DNA from: a virus
Taxonomy: Duplodnaviria > Heunggongvirae > Uroviricota > Caudoviricetes
Virus record (IMG/VR): IMGVR_UViG_3300037067_014938
Coordinates: 17,435-81,434 of that record
DNA length: 64,000 bases
Direction: 5' to 3' (one strand)
Shown piece after piece: positions 38,797 to 48,811 of the stretch (its first letter is position 1; each line of letters opens with the position of its first letter). The position numbers and the translations under genes are program-made. The notes below the pieces were generated by a model. That model did not search any database. It was not told the DNA's origin and worked only from the letters and a program-made list of their open reading frames with translations.

Positions 38797-39150
38797 ATGA
38801 TTGCTAAAGAAAATATTTGTCCACGATGCGGTTCTGAGAATACAGGACTTAGAGAACACGGGGCAAATAAATATGCTGTTTCATCGTCTACAATAGACAT
38901 TGATAGATATCAGGAAGAGTGGTTCTGTTATGATTGTAATGAACCATTCTTTCAATTATTTGCAGCTATATTCGTAGGACAATCTTTAATCTCTTATACA
39001 GGAAAAGATATCATTTGGAGTGACTCTGTTCAAGAAAAACAAAATATATGTTTATCTTTATTGAACAGAATTAAAATGGGAGATTCTAAAGAAGCAGAAG
39101 AATTACTTGTAAAGTTACAGAAGATTTTTGAAAAAGAAGTTAAAGTTTGA
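38797..39150 (+). CDS. Zinc-ribbon protein
   Basis: CPRCGSEN...CYDCNEPF. Confidence 0.4.
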   Translation: MIAKENICPRCGSENTGLREHGANKYAVSSSTIDIDRYQEEWFCYDCNEPFFQLFAAIFVGQSLISYTGKDIIWSDSVQEKQNICLSLLNRIKMGDSKEAEELLVKLQKIFEKEVKV

Positions 39151-39173
39151 ACCATGGTGCTTTACTCCTATAA

Positions 39174-39458
39174 ATGGGTGGTAATAAGAAATTATTGCCA
39201 CCCCCTATAAATATGCATCTTGAAGTTATAAAATATTATAGATTTCACAGTAAACTAGAAGCTAGTAAGTACTGTTTAGTAATAAGTACTCCTTTTTTAT
39301 GTTATAGTCGTGTAATATTTCATATTTTAACAGGAAATGGAAGAGAATCAAGTCCGAGTAGAAATCCTTTTAATTATATGCGGAAACGACCCAATGAGAA
39401 AGAACGTAATACTGTTTCTATAATAGCTTGTTTACTTTTTGTGTTGGCAGAGAGATAA
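39174..39458 (+). CDS. Small paralog-family protein (C-terminus IIACLLFVLAER)
   Basis: C-terminal motif. Confidence 0.4.
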   Translation: MGGNKKLLPPPINMHLEVIKYYRFHSKLEASKYCLVISTPFLCYSRVIFHILTGNGRESSPSRNPFNYMRKRPNEKERNTVSIIACLLFVLAER

Positions 39459-39653
39459 GTTTATGTTAGACAGAATATCCAAAAAACTCGACTTCTTCAT
39501 AATTATAAAATACTTTAATTTATTAACAGGTTTTACATTTATTGGATTTTTTGCATACTATTTATGGATTTTTAATCCAAAAGATGGTATAACTTGTATT
39601 AAAATATTATTTATACTTCCTTTATTTTTATTTGCAGCATACTTTGCTTTTAA

Positions 39654-39935
39654 ATGGTACTTTCATTTGAGGAAAAGATGTTAGTAGTATATCATGAAGT
39701 ACCAGGATGTTTTACCGTAGATGACCGGTTAGTTTTTGATACTAATATAGGTAATAGGTGTGACCATAAAATACCTCTGGGTAAAATGCTTTCTCCAATA
39801 GAATATCTTCACAAGTTTAAGACAAGTTACCCAAGAGATTTTATATGTGTAAAAGCAATACTTTTATTTATTTTATATAATCGGCGTGTAGCTCAGTTGG
39901 TTCAGAGCACTCGGCCTGGGACCGAGAGGTCGTAA
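39654..39935 (+). CDS. Small paralog-family protein (C-terminus AILLFILYNRR); runs into tRNA-Pro
   Basis: C-terminal motif is immediately followed by the tRNA-Pro 5' end. The ORF tail past the motif is probably not real coding. Confidence 0.4.
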   Translation: MVLSFEEKMLVVYHEVPGCFTVDDRLVFDTNIGNRCDHKIPLGKMLSPIEYLHKFKTSYPRDFICVKAILLFILYNRRVAQLVQSTRPGTERS

Positions 39936-39956
39936 GTTCGAATCTTACCACGCCGA
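39882..39956 (+). tRNA. tRNA-Pro (anticodon UGG), loop CCTGGGA with C33
   Basis: Acceptor CGGCGTG/CACGCCG, D-arm GCTC-AGTTGGTTCA-GAGC, anticodon stem CTCGG/CCGAG, T-arm GTAAG-TTCGAAT-CTTAC. Confidence 0.65.
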
Positions 39957-39957
39957 T

Positions 39958-40176
39958 ATGAGAATAACAATTTATACACGTTTATTAGAAATAAATTTAG
40001 ATGGTCAACTTGTATTTTATATTCCAACTGGAAATGGAACAGAATTAAATGATAGTTGTAATCCAATAAATTTTCTTAGGGCATCTTCTGAATGTTCAGG
40101 AGAGCACATTTCAAGAGCAATTGTAGCATTCTTATTGTTTCTTTTAGCAGAGGATGATTATGTTGGGAAAAAATAA
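39958..40176 (+). CDS. Small paralog-family protein (C-terminus AIVAFLLFLLAEDDYVGKK)
   Basis: N-terminus MRITIY and the C-terminal motif. Confidence 0.45.
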   Translation: MRITIYTRLLEINLDGQLVFYIPTGNGTELNDSCNPINFLRASSECSGEHISRAIVAFLLFLLAEDDYVGKK

Positions 40177-40618
40177 TAAAATGAGTTTGCAAGAAATTTT
40201 AGCAAAGGCTAAGGAATTTAATCCTCTTTGTGAATTTGACACTTCATATTATATCTTATTATATCTAATATTAAGGAAGATGGATTGTTCAGTAAAAGAT
40301 GCCATACATCTTACATTGGGAGAGGCTCGAAGATCAGAAACACCAATAGATATAGATTATCTTAAAGCATTTCATGGAGCAACGCCTATTTTTATAAAAG
40401 AATCTATGGAAGCAGGTATAACTTTCATAAGTTCTTGTCCTTTACCCGATCCCAAAGCTATAGAAAATTTAATTAAAAAGTATGGAAAACCTAAAAGTGC
40501 CATATTGAATTTAGTATGGCTTGAAGTAGGTTTGAATCTATCACATAATGGTAGAATTGATCCACAAAAAGAATATATTAAATTAATGTCAACTATAATC
40601 AAGAAATCCGGAGGTTAA
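40154..40618 (+). CDS. Hypothetical protein sharing the exact 42-bp IDIDYLKAFHGATP segment with 30019..30306
   Basis: Identical DNA at 40346..40387. Confidence 0.4.
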   Translation: MIMLGKNNKMSLQEILAKAKEFNPLCEFDTSYYILLYLILRKMDCSVKDAIHLTLGEARRSETPIDIDYLKAFHGATPIFIKESMEAGITFISSCPLPDPKAIENLIKKYGKPKSAILNLVWLEVGLNLSHNGRIDPQKEYIKLMSTIIKKSGG

Positions 40619-40622
40619 AGTA

Positions 40623-41105
40623 ATGCCATTTTTTGAAGTTAAAAAGAACGATGATGGAAGAATAGGTATTAATGATGAGTATCAAAGTCTTATAGTTTTA
40701 AGTTATAGCGACTTTTTGGATACTAATGGGGAAACTATGAAAGTTACCTCAAGAAAGGATTTTCTTATTTTATTCTCACTTGTAAAGCAAATGGCAGAAA
40801 AATGTAAAGAAGAAATCTATTCTAATTATCGTAAGTTATCCGGAAAGTCACTTTTAAATGAAGTTACTGAAATAAATTTCAAAACTTCAAATCGAGAAGA
40901 TGCCGGAAATTACAGTGTTACTATAGCAGAAAAAAATAAAAGTGAGATTATAGGAGATATAATAGTTTATTTTATGGTGGGGAAAGATGGAAAATTAAAA
41001 TGGGGGGTATTTTCGGACGATCCTAAACGAAGTTTAATAATTGTTAACACAATGCTTTCTGCAGTATTAATGAAATATGTTTCAGTGTTAACCGGCTCAA
41101 GATAA
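40623..41105 (+). CDS. Hypothetical protein
   Basis: 160-aa ORF. Confidence 0.4.
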   Translation: MPFFEVKKNDDGRIGINDEYQSLIVLSYSDFLDTNGETMKVTSRKDFLILFSLVKQMAEKCKEEIYSNYRKLSGKSLLNEVTEINFKTSNREDAGNYSVTIAEKNKSEIIGDIIVYFMVGKDGKLKWGVFSDDPKRSLIIVNTMLSAVLMKYVSVLTGSR

Positions 41106-41239
41106 GGAAAAAATAATGGACTTTATAGGGGAAATGTTAGACGCTTTTTCAGATAAATTGGATACACCTGTCGAAAATCTCGATGCAACTTTGCGTATTC
41201 AATTTAGGATAACGTTAAATGGTGCTTTGATGTCGTTGT

Positions 41240-41620
41240 GTGCACACTCTAAAAAGGACGAAAGTGATGAAAGTCTTAGTAACTGATACTAAAATAGAAG
41301 TTGATTTAACTGATGCAACTGACCTTCAAAAGCAATATTGGTCATTAATGAGTCAGTTAATAGAAAATGGATTGGGTAATCCAACTATTATTTTAAATCT
41401 TTTATGTACTATGAGTACGGGTCTAACACTTAATGAAGTAACTAATCCGTCGGAAGTGACTATTTCAACCATTTTAGCAAGTATACACTTCTTGTTACAT
41501 TTAGGTGGTGGACCAAAATTAGACGAAAATAATTTGCCGGGTTCCATTGGGCCAGAATCTTCTGGTGGAACTCTGGATGACTTCTTTAAAGATTTGGGAG
41601 ATCCAGATGGAAACAAATAA
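41240..41620 (+). CDS. Hypothetical protein
   Basis: 126-aa ORF. Confidence 0.4.
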   Translation: MHTLKRTKVMKVLVTDTKIEVDLTDATDLQKQYWSLMSQLIENGLGNPTIILNLLCTMSTGLTLNEVTNPSEVTISTILASIHFLLHLGGGPKLDENNLPGSIGPESSGGTLDDFFKDLGDPDGNK

Positions 41621-42758
41621 TGCTTTTAATTATTTATTTATTCTTTTTTCATTTTATGTCCAACGTTATTATGAAAGAACGAGAGCAAATCAACAACCCT
41701 CTATATGGAATAATTATTCTCAATATATGGCAGAAAGGAGACTATTTGAAAAACGCTTAGTGAACATATGTGATAGTTTATCTTTAAATTTATTTGATTT
41801 ATCCATGGCCATTCCAACAAATATTATAGACAAGGCAGTTTTTTATAAACTCAAAAGTGGCCCATGTATGTCAATGTATCAAATTTTAAGACAAAGAAGA
41901 GGATTTGGACTTAGCACTATAATAAAAGATTATACAATTCCTGATCTTATAATTAATAATGAGATTAATCCTCAAATAATTGAATTACTTATTAGCCTAC
42001 AAGATACACGCGTAATTCATTGGGAAACATTTCGAACATTATTATTTAATAAAGAAGATTTTAATCTTTTAAGAAAAACATGGGAGACCACTCATCCGAA
42101 CAAAAATTTAGAACAAGAATTATTTGATTTGACAGGAAATCCGATATGGTTAGGTAATTTTGAACAAAAGCATTTTACTATAAGTGTTGATGAAATAAAT
42201 AAACTATTATCTTTTATTTTGAGCAAGAAATTCTTATTTACATCTAACGCTTATACTGAAACCAAGATATTGGTTCAATTATTAAATAAATTAGAAATAA
42301 AAGATGAAAAAGATTTTTTAAAATTAAATGAATTATATAAACTAACAATATCTTTATCGGGATATACAATTTCTTTACGAGAGATGCTTTGTTCAAAAAT
42401 TCTTGATGCATATTACCAGATTTACTTTTCAACAGAAAGAATGAAAAAGTTTAATCTGGTTTTAAAATTCCTTCGAAAAGAAAAAACATCTGATATTTGG
42501 ACAATGGTATTATCCACTATATTCAATGTGTATTACAAAGATGTGCAGGTACAAATAAAACGCACTAGTTATAGTGGAAAAACTCCTATAGAAATCCCAG
42601 CAAAAATTTTTGTAGAGAAAAAGTCTAATTTAGATGAATTATTGGATTTTTATAAGAATTTAGACCCATTGAAATATGTTAAAGCACTTCCTTATAGGGC
42701 AAGCATTTTTAAAGAAGCAATAGACAATCCAAACACAGTAATTGAGGAGAAAAAGTAA
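41607..42758 (+). CDS. Hypothetical protein upstream of and co-oriented with the MoxR-VWA pair
   Basis: Start chosen at METNNAFNY. Its stop overlaps the MoxR start (TAATG). Confidence 0.4.
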   Translation: METNNAFNYLFILFSFYVQRYYERTRANQQPSIWNNYSQYMAERRLFEKRLVNICDSLSLNLFDLSMAIPTNIIDKAVFYKLKSGPCMSMYQILRQRRGFGLSTIIKDYTIPDLIINNEINPQIIELLISLQDTRVIHWETFRTLLFNKEDFNLLRKTWETTHPNKNLEQELFDLTGNPIWLGNFEQKHFTISVDEINKLLSFILSKKFLFTSNAYTETKILVQLLNKLEIKDEKDFLKLNELYKLTISLSGYTISLREMLCSKILDAYYQIYFSTERMKKFNLVLKFLRKEKTSDIWTMVLSTIFNVYYKDVQVQIKRTSYSGKTPIEIPAKIFVEKKSNLDELLDFYKNLDPLKYVKALPYRASIFKEAIDNPNTVIEEKK

Positions 42759-44089
42759 TGAACATTAACCAGGTCCCAGAGATAATCAACATCTGTTATA
42801 AAGCCAAGAGAGTACCCTTCTTTTGGGGTATGGCCGGTGTTGGAAAAAGTGAAATGGTTGCTCAAAGCACCCAAGAATTGAGTAAAACTATTGGTCACAA
42901 ATTCGACTTGGTAGATTTACGTTTGGGATGTATGGAAGTTGGTGATCTTATTGGGTTACCAAGAGACAGGGAAGTCAGTCCTGGGATTTGGGCAACAATA
43001 TGGACTCGTCCTCAATGGTTTCCATTTGATCCATTGAAATGTCCGAATTGTGGCCATATTAAAATGGCTACATCTGAGCCTCATCGGGATGGCGAAATAT
43101 GCGAATATAAGGGCTGTAAAGGAAAAATGAAATGGGAACCTTCCTTTGGAATCGTTTTTCTTGATGAGTTTAATAGAGCTGGAACTACAGATGTATTACA
43201 AGCCATGTTCCAATTCGTTTTGGGCAACAAAGAAATAGTAGATGACAAAATGGTAATTAGAAGGCATCTGCATACCCATTTGTTACCTGATGGTTGGAGC
43301 GTTATTTGTGCGGGAAATCCTGATACTGCGGATTATAATGTTCAGGGTTTAGATGCTGCCATGTTAGACAGATTAATTCACATAGTGATAGACTTGGAAC
43401 CCGATCTGGTCTTGAGATGGCAAAAAGAAAACTTAGATTGCAAAGAAATTTATGAATTTTGCAAGACTATGCCAGCAGTTTTAGGAAAGAATATTCCTAT
43501 TAAATTACCTATAACTCCTTCTCCAAGAAGTTGGGATATCATCAACACCCTGATTAGCAACATGACACATGACCAAATAAAATCTTTGGGTGCTGAATTA
43601 TTTGGAGGGATTATTGGTCCCCAAAATGCTAACAGTTTTATTAAATACCTCCAAGATTCTTTGTTAAGACCTCTCGACGCGGAAAGTGTCTTAAATGCAA
43701 AGAATCCGGATGAGATTGAAGAAATGCTTAAGAAGTTCATAAATCCGGATAAGCAACATTTGGAATTGCTTGATCTGACTACTGAAAAAATTGTAGAAAA
43801 GTTGTCGAGTGATACCTTTCATGCAACAAAAAGGCATGCGGCAAACTTTGTTGAATATCTGAGATTCTTGCCACATGATATGACGCTGCAAGCTTTCACA
43901 GAGTTCATGAAAAATTGTAAGATTGAAGACAATTGTATGAAAATTGTTGAAGCCTTGCAAAATATGAAAGAAGACACTCTCATAATGAACATGCTGTTAT
44001 CCGCCGGAGCTAAAAAAGAAGAAATTTTACCAGCGGTAGAAAAGATCAAAGAAATCAAAAAGGCAGCCAGCGTAAGGGAAAAGGAGTAA
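42758..44089 (+). CDS. MoxR-like AAA+ ATPase with a zinc-ribbon insertion
   Basis: Walker A GMAGVGKSE, Walker B IVFLDEFNRAG (the DEFNRA signature of MoxR/CbbQ/RavA). CPNCGH...CEYKGCKG is inserted between them. Confidence 0.75.
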   Translation: MNINQVPEIINICYKAKRVPFFWGMAGVGKSEMVAQSTQELSKTIGHKFDLVDLRLGCMEVGDLIGLPRDREVSPGIWATIWTRPQWFPFDPLKCPNCGHIKMATSEPHRDGEICEYKGCKGKMKWEPSFGIVFLDEFNRAGTTDVLQAMFQFVLGNKEIVDDKMVIRRHLHTHLLPDGWSVICAGNPDTADYNVQGLDAAMLDRLIHIVIDLEPDLVLRWQKENLDCKEIYEFCKTMPAVLGKNIPIKLPITPSPRSWDIINTLISNMTHDQIKSLGAELFGGIIGPQNANSFIKYLQDSLLRPLDAESVLNAKNPDEIEEMLKKFINPDKQHLELLDLTTEKIVEKLSSDTFHATKRHAANFVEYLRFLPHDMTLQAFTEFMKNCKIEDNCMKIVEALQNMKEDTLIMNMLLSAGAKKEEILPAVEKIKEIKKAASVREKE

Positions 44090-44093
44090 TTAT

Positions 44094-45383
44094 ATGAGCT
44101 TTTTAAGAAACCTTTTTAGTAATAAATTCTACAAAGGTTTAACTGAGTTAAGCTCCAAATACCCCTTTTATGGTGCATTGGCCTCACAATGCACCATAGA
44201 ATCAAATGAGCAAATAAAAACAATCTCTGTACAAGAAAAAGAAGGAGAAATAACAATAACTTATTGTTTGAGTTGGTTTGAAAAACTAACTCCTGAACAA
44301 GCAAGTGAAACCATCCGTCATTCTCTTACCCATATACTATTTAATCACTTGGAAATAGCCAATGAAAAAGAGAATGAAAATGTGCGTCTTGAAGTAGCAA
44401 AAGATTTGGCTGTAAATTCTTACATGCAAAAGAATTTACTTCCTCAAGGATTTCTTACTCCAGATGCATTTGGATGGCCAACAGGGCTTTCTACACAAGA
44501 ATATTACCATTTACTTCAAAAAATAAAATTTGGGCAGGATAAAGATAAGGGGAAAGAACAAGGACAGGGTGGAGGGCAAGGACAAGGGCAAGGTGAAAGA
44601 CAGGGCGAAGAACAAGGTGAAGGACAAGGGCAAGGTGAAGGACAGGGCGAAGGACAACAAGGTGATAAACCAGGAGATAACCATGGAAAAATGAGCCGAA
44701 AAAGCTCTCAAGCGGCCATGCAACAAAAAATAAGTGGTATGACTCAACGAGCGGTTCAAAAAGGTGGTAGAACAGGTTCTCCTTCCGGGTCTTTAATGGA
44801 TAAGTTATTTGAATTTCTTTTGGGAACTGGAGAGTTACCTTGGAATATTATTTTAAGAAGATTTGTAGCTAATTCAGCTAAAGCTTTAAGAGAACCAACA
44901 TGGAAACGCCCTAACAGAAGATTTGGGGAATTCCAGAAAGGCAATAAGAAAAAACCTATATTAAGAATTTTCTTAGCTGTTGATGAATCTGGTTCCGTTG
45001 GAGATAGAGAATGGAAAACCTTTTTAGATGAAATAGAAGGAATTCTATTGTCTAAAAAAGGAGAATTAATTGTATGCAAGTTTACCACAAAAGTAGAAGA
45101 TACCTTTATATATGATAAGAGATCAAGTTCTAAAATACGTGTGATGCAACGGTATAATGGAGGAACTTTATTTCAACCATTTCTCGATGAGGCAAAAAAA
45201 CATCGTGTTGACTGCGTAATTTGTTTTACTGATGGTTATAACGCCGACGATAATAATATCTCTTATCCTAATTGGGACAGAGTATTATGGGTATTAACAC
45301 CAAATCACAATAAACCAACTGTTGGAAAATCTATTATTTTAACAGACTTAAGTAAAGAAATGAATAATACGATGCAAATATGA
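44094..45383 (+). CDS. VWA-domain protein (DUF2201-like partner of MoxR) with N-terminal metallopeptidase-like domain and Gly/Gln/Glu-rich linker
   Basis: MIDAS motif FLAVDESGSVGD. N-terminal IRHSLTHILFNH is an HExxH-like motif lacking the Glu. Low-complexity linker GKEQGQGGGQGQGQGERQGEEQGEGQGQGEGQGEGQQ. Confidence 0.7.
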   Translation: MSFLRNLFSNKFYKGLTELSSKYPFYGALASQCTIESNEQIKTISVQEKEGEITITYCLSWFEKLTPEQASETIRHSLTHILFNHLEIANEKENENVRLEVAKDLAVNSYMQKNLLPQGFLTPDAFGWPTGLSTQEYYHLLQKIKFGQDKDKGKEQGQGGGQGQGQGERQGEEQGEGQGQGEGQGEGQQGDKPGDNHGKMSRKSSQAAMQQKISGMTQRAVQKGGRTGSPSGSLMDKLFEFLLGTGELPWNIILRRFVANSAKALREPTWKRPNRRFGEFQKGNKKKPILRIFLAVDESGSVGDREWKTFLDEIEGILLSKKGELIVCKFTTKVEDTFIYDKRSSSKIRVMQRYNGGTLFQPFLDEAKKHRVDCVICFTDGYNADDNNISYPNWDRVLWVLTPNHNKPTVGKSIILTDLSKEMNNTMQI

Positions 45384-45539
45384 AAATTTAGTATATATTT
45401 CAGGAAAGCATTATAGTGGTTGTCCTGTAAAAGAACTTAAAACTTTAATACAAGAAAGATATCCTGATATATATGTAGATGATGATATGGCATATTTTGT
45501 GTGTTTATTATTAGCTATTTTAGGAGAAAGAAAAAAATG
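45364..45539 (+). CDS. Small paralog-family protein (C-terminus MAYFVCLLLAILGERKK); no canonical ATG near the frame start
   Basis: Read by hand. The frame is open from 45364. The C-terminal motif overlaps the RBS/start of the next gene. Confidence 0.3.
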
Positions 45540-45878
45540 AAAATGTTTTATCAGACAGGACAAAAAGTTGAAGATGGTGATCTAACGCGAGTAAAAACTA
45601 TACACAATGTCTTCAATTTACTTTTAGTTAAAGTAATAGATGGAAAATATTTTGTTCATATCCTTTGTGAAAAAGAACTTCTTCCATTAGAAACCTCACC
45701 ATATTTTTCTCCCATTAAAGAAGGTTTTGCAAAGTTAGTTAATATACGGTTGATTTTCAGAAAACAGGAATTAAATATACTGGCTACGACACAAGTGGAG
45801 TTAATTAAAGAAAGGCTTAGTAAACAATTCAGACTTGAACCATCAAAAGAAATATTGAATAAATGGCACAATTCATAA
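45535..45878 (+). CDS. Hypothetical protein
   Basis: Starts at MKMFYQTGQ. Track ORF is 45501..45878. Confidence 0.4.
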
Positions 45879-47038
45879 TTTATATTTCAATTGTTATAAT
45901 AATTTCGGTTGCATTATATTACATATTTCACAATTTTAACAACATTAAATTAGAGGACTTTCATGAGACAAATTTAGTGATTCAATCTGATGAGTATTTA
46001 ATTCCAACTCTTTCTGAACCCTATTTAACTTTAGATAAGTATACAGGACAAGCAAAGACTGTTGAGTATTTAAAAGGGCATATTGAATTAGCTAAGTCCC
46101 AAGGAAAGTCACTACCCCATACGATACTTTGGGGAAGTGGTGGACTTGGAAAATCCACATTAGTTAGAGCTATTGCTAATCATATTGGAGGAAGATTTTT
46201 TGAAATTATTCCTGCAAACCTACGTAACACTAAAGAACTTTTTGCAGTTTTATTCAAAAAGCAGTGTGTTCAATGTGGCAGATTAAATCCATTTAGTGCA
46301 AACAAATGTCTTAATTGTAAGACAGATATTTCTTCAAGATTTACTCCGATACATCAATTTCAAGATTATGATATCTTATTTTTTGAAGAGTGTCACGGAT
46401 TAAAAAGTGAGATTGAAGAAGCAATATATTCATTAATGCAAGATGGATATATAATGATAAGATATCTTGGAGTTGACCAAAAAGTATTTTTTCCTAAGAT
46501 TACTATTATGGGTGCAACCACTCAATTAGGAGATTTAACTAAACCATTTCGAGATAGATTTGGATTACAATTACATTTAATTCCTTATACTCAAGAGGAA
46601 ATGAAAGTAATTATAACTCAATATGTGATGCATAAGAATTATTCAATTATAGATGATGCTTTAGAATTAACTGCTAAAATATCACATGGTGTTCCAAGAA
46701 TAGCTAAAAAATATATTATAGATGCCATGACAATTTTGACAAAAGATGATAAAGTTATTACTTCAGTACAAATCAATAAGATATTAATTTTATTAAACAT
46801 AAATGAAGATGGTTTAAATGAATTACATATAGCTGGAATGAAAATAATATATAAACGAATGTTAGCCTCTAAGAATGGCGGAGCTGGAGTTAGTTCTATC
46901 GCGTCCGCTGTGGGTATTCCGGTTGAAATATGGCAAGAAGTCTATGAACCAGCATTGGTTTATTTGGGTTATTTAGAATACGGCAGTCGAGGAAGAAGAT
47001 TAAGTGGTAACGCAATCACAAAATACTTCTCCAAGTAA
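45863..47038 (+). CDS. ruvB: RuvB-like Holliday junction branch-migration ATPase with zinc-ribbon insertion and N-terminal hydrophobic segment
   Basis: Walker A WGSGGLGKSTL, Walker B YDILFFEECHGL, sensor IMGATTQLGDLTKPFRDRFGL and arginine finger HGVPRIAKKY all match RuvB. CVQCGR...CLNCK is inserted between Walker A and B. Confidence 0.75.
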   Translation: MAQFIIYISIVIIISVALYYIFHNFNNIKLEDFHETNLVIQSDEYLIPTLSEPYLTLDKYTGQAKTVEYLKGHIELAKSQGKSLPHTILWGSGGLGKSTLVRAIANHIGGRFFEIIPANLRNTKELFAVLFKKQCVQCGRLNPFSANKCLNCKTDISSRFTPIHQFQDYDILFFEECHGLKSEIEEAIYSLMQDGYIMIRYLGVDQKVFFPKITIMGATTQLGDLTKPFRDRFGLQLHLIPYTQEEMKVIITQYVMHKNYSIIDDALELTAKISHGVPRIAKKYIIDAMTILTKDDKVITSVQINKILILLNINEDGLNELHIAGMKIIYKRMLASKNGGAGVSSIASAVGIPVEIWQEVYEPALVYLGYLEYGSRGRRLSGNAITKYFSK

Positions 47039-47373
47039 AGAATTAATAATATATTTTATATATTTTTTATACCGTGGTTATTCTGGGTATGTTTATATTA
47101 ATTATAAATATTTGGAATATACAATAAAATATGTTTCTTCCAAAACAGTTCGCCATGATAAACGCAGCGGACATAATCTTATTAATATTCTAATAAAATT
47201 ATGCAAAGATATCTAATTATATTGTTACTTATACAGCTATATTATAATAAAATTAATATAAAATCAGGAATATTAGTGAGAGTAAAATGTTATTTAGAGC
47301 CAAATTGTATAAATTGTCCATGCAGATCACACACAATTATTAGACACATTTTAACTCAAAGGAAGTAATTAGT

Positions 47374-47643
47374 ATGTTGGTAGAACAACGCGTCAATCGT
47401 ACTGAGGCTGTACAAGAAATTTTGGCCTCACATGGAAGAATGTTCACGGTAGTCTGGAAAACCAAAGGTGGTAAAACCAGACGCCTGAACGGAAAGTTGG
47501 CAAAAAGAACTTACCAACGAAAAGTTCAGGACAAAATCTATGGGTATGTCACTCTGATGATTCCTGGAGGACAATTCAGAAGAGTGGATACCCGGACGAT
47601 CAGTAAACTTTCAATCAATCAGAGGGTGCTTCGTGTCGTGTAA
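47374..47643 (+). CDS. Hypothetical basic protein
   Basis: RBS AAAGGAAG upstream. A hairpin terminator follows. Confidence 0.45.
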   Translation: MLVEQRVNRTEAVQEILASHGRMFTVVWKTKGGKTRRLNGKLAKRTYQRKVQDKIYGYVTLMIPGGQFRRVDTRTISKLSINQRVLRVV

Positions 47644-47646
47644 GCC

Positions 47647-47672
47647 AAGGGGGGAAAAATCCCCCCTTATCT
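47647..47672 (+). terminator. Rho-independent terminator GGGGGGA-AAA-TCCCCCC followed by a T-rich tract
   Basis: Perfect G/C hairpin of the same style as 6999..7021. Confidence 0.55.
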
Positions 47673-48023
47673 TAATTTTAGTAGCTTTCACATTAAATTT
47701 TCGTTATTTTGAGGAACCTATTTTTATGGAATTAAAAGAAACAGAGTTATGTCTTATTATTAAATATTATAAATCAATCTTTTTACCAAAAAGCCCAAAG
47801 GGTTGTGATTGTCACAATTGTAGAAAATATAAGGCTAAATTGAAAAAACTATGGACAAAAATATACTAATTTACATTCTTTTAACTCAGATCAGTCAAGG
47901 TGGGTCTTTTAACAATACAATTTTTTACCTAACATATTCTCTTCCAGAAAGATGTTATTATTGTAATGGTGAAAGATGTAAATATTTTCAAATTAAAGAT
48001 GTTGAGAATGAAAAGGAAAAATT

Positions 48024-48599
48024 ATGGCACTTTATTACAAAGCATTAGAAAAAACCATTAGTAACGAGGGTAATTATTCAGACCACCCAAATGACAAAGG
48101 TGGAGAAACTTATAAAGGGATATCCAGAATCTTTAATCCAGATTGGGAAGGTTGGTCAATTGTTGATTCAGAAAAACATAATGCTAACTTCCCCGATTGT
48201 TTGCAGTTTGATGGAGACCTTGAAAGGATGGTTTCAGATTTTTATGAAACTAACTTCTGGGAACCTCTTCACGGAGAAGAAATTGAGGATCAGGATTTGG
48301 CCAATAAATTATTTGATATATCGGTAAATACTGGTTTAACCGATGGGATTGTTATTCTACAACACGCTTTAATGGCGTTAAATACAAACGGAGAATTATA
48401 TCCTGAGATTATAATGGCAGATGGAAAATTTGGACCTAAAACCTTAGCCGCCATTAAGTCTCTTGAAATGAGACGTGAAACTCGATATTTAATCAAAGCA
48501 ATGGGTATTCTGCAAGGATACGGGTACATTATGAATGCTATGCATAATATAAATCAAACTGTTTTTATTCGCGGATGGCTTAATCGTATAAGTCTATGA
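48024..48599 (+). CDS. GH108-family lysozyme with C-terminal peptidoglycan-binding domain (endolysin candidate)
   Basis: N-terminal SNEGNYSDHPNDKGGETYKGI (GH108 EGGY...DxGG.T..GI motif) and C-terminal DGKFGPKTLAAIK (PG_binding_3-like). Confidence 0.65.
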   Translation: MALYYKALEKTISNEGNYSDHPNDKGGETYKGISRIFNPDWEGWSIVDSEKHNANFPDCLQFDGDLERMVSDFYETNFWEPLHGEEIEDQDLANKLFDISVNTGLTDGIVILQHALMALNTNGELYPEIIMADGKFGPKTLAAIKSLEMRRETRYLIKAMGILQGYGYIMNAMHNINQTVFIRGWLNRISL

Positions 48600-48811
48600 C
48601 AATAGGTATTAATAAAAATGGTGTACATTTATTTAATCCACATAGTAGGGGGTTTGATAGTAAAGGATTTATTGGATCACAATTTGATCTTCATAGATAT
48701 ATTTTTTATATTATAAATGAATCAATGGATGCAAAAAATGGAATGTGGTTTAGTCGATATAAAGAAATAGCAGTAACTAAAATATTATTATCTATTTTAG
48801 CAGCAAGATGA
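48596..48811 (+). CDS. Small paralog-family protein (C-terminus VTKILLSILAAR)
   Basis: C-terminal motif. Stop overlaps the next start (ATGA). Confidence 0.45.
   Translation: MTIGINKNGVHLFNPHSRGFDSKGFIGSQFDLHRYIFYIINESMDAKNGMWFSRYKEIAVTKILLSILAAR

Noticed and set aside
44511-44759. Short tandem GQGQGE-type repeats that could look like a CRISPR-like or VNTR array
   Set aside because: They are in-frame low-complexity coding sequence (Gly/Gln/Glu linker) inside the VWA protein 44094..45383. There are no spacer/repeat architecture and no cas genes. No CRISPR array is present anywhere in the window.
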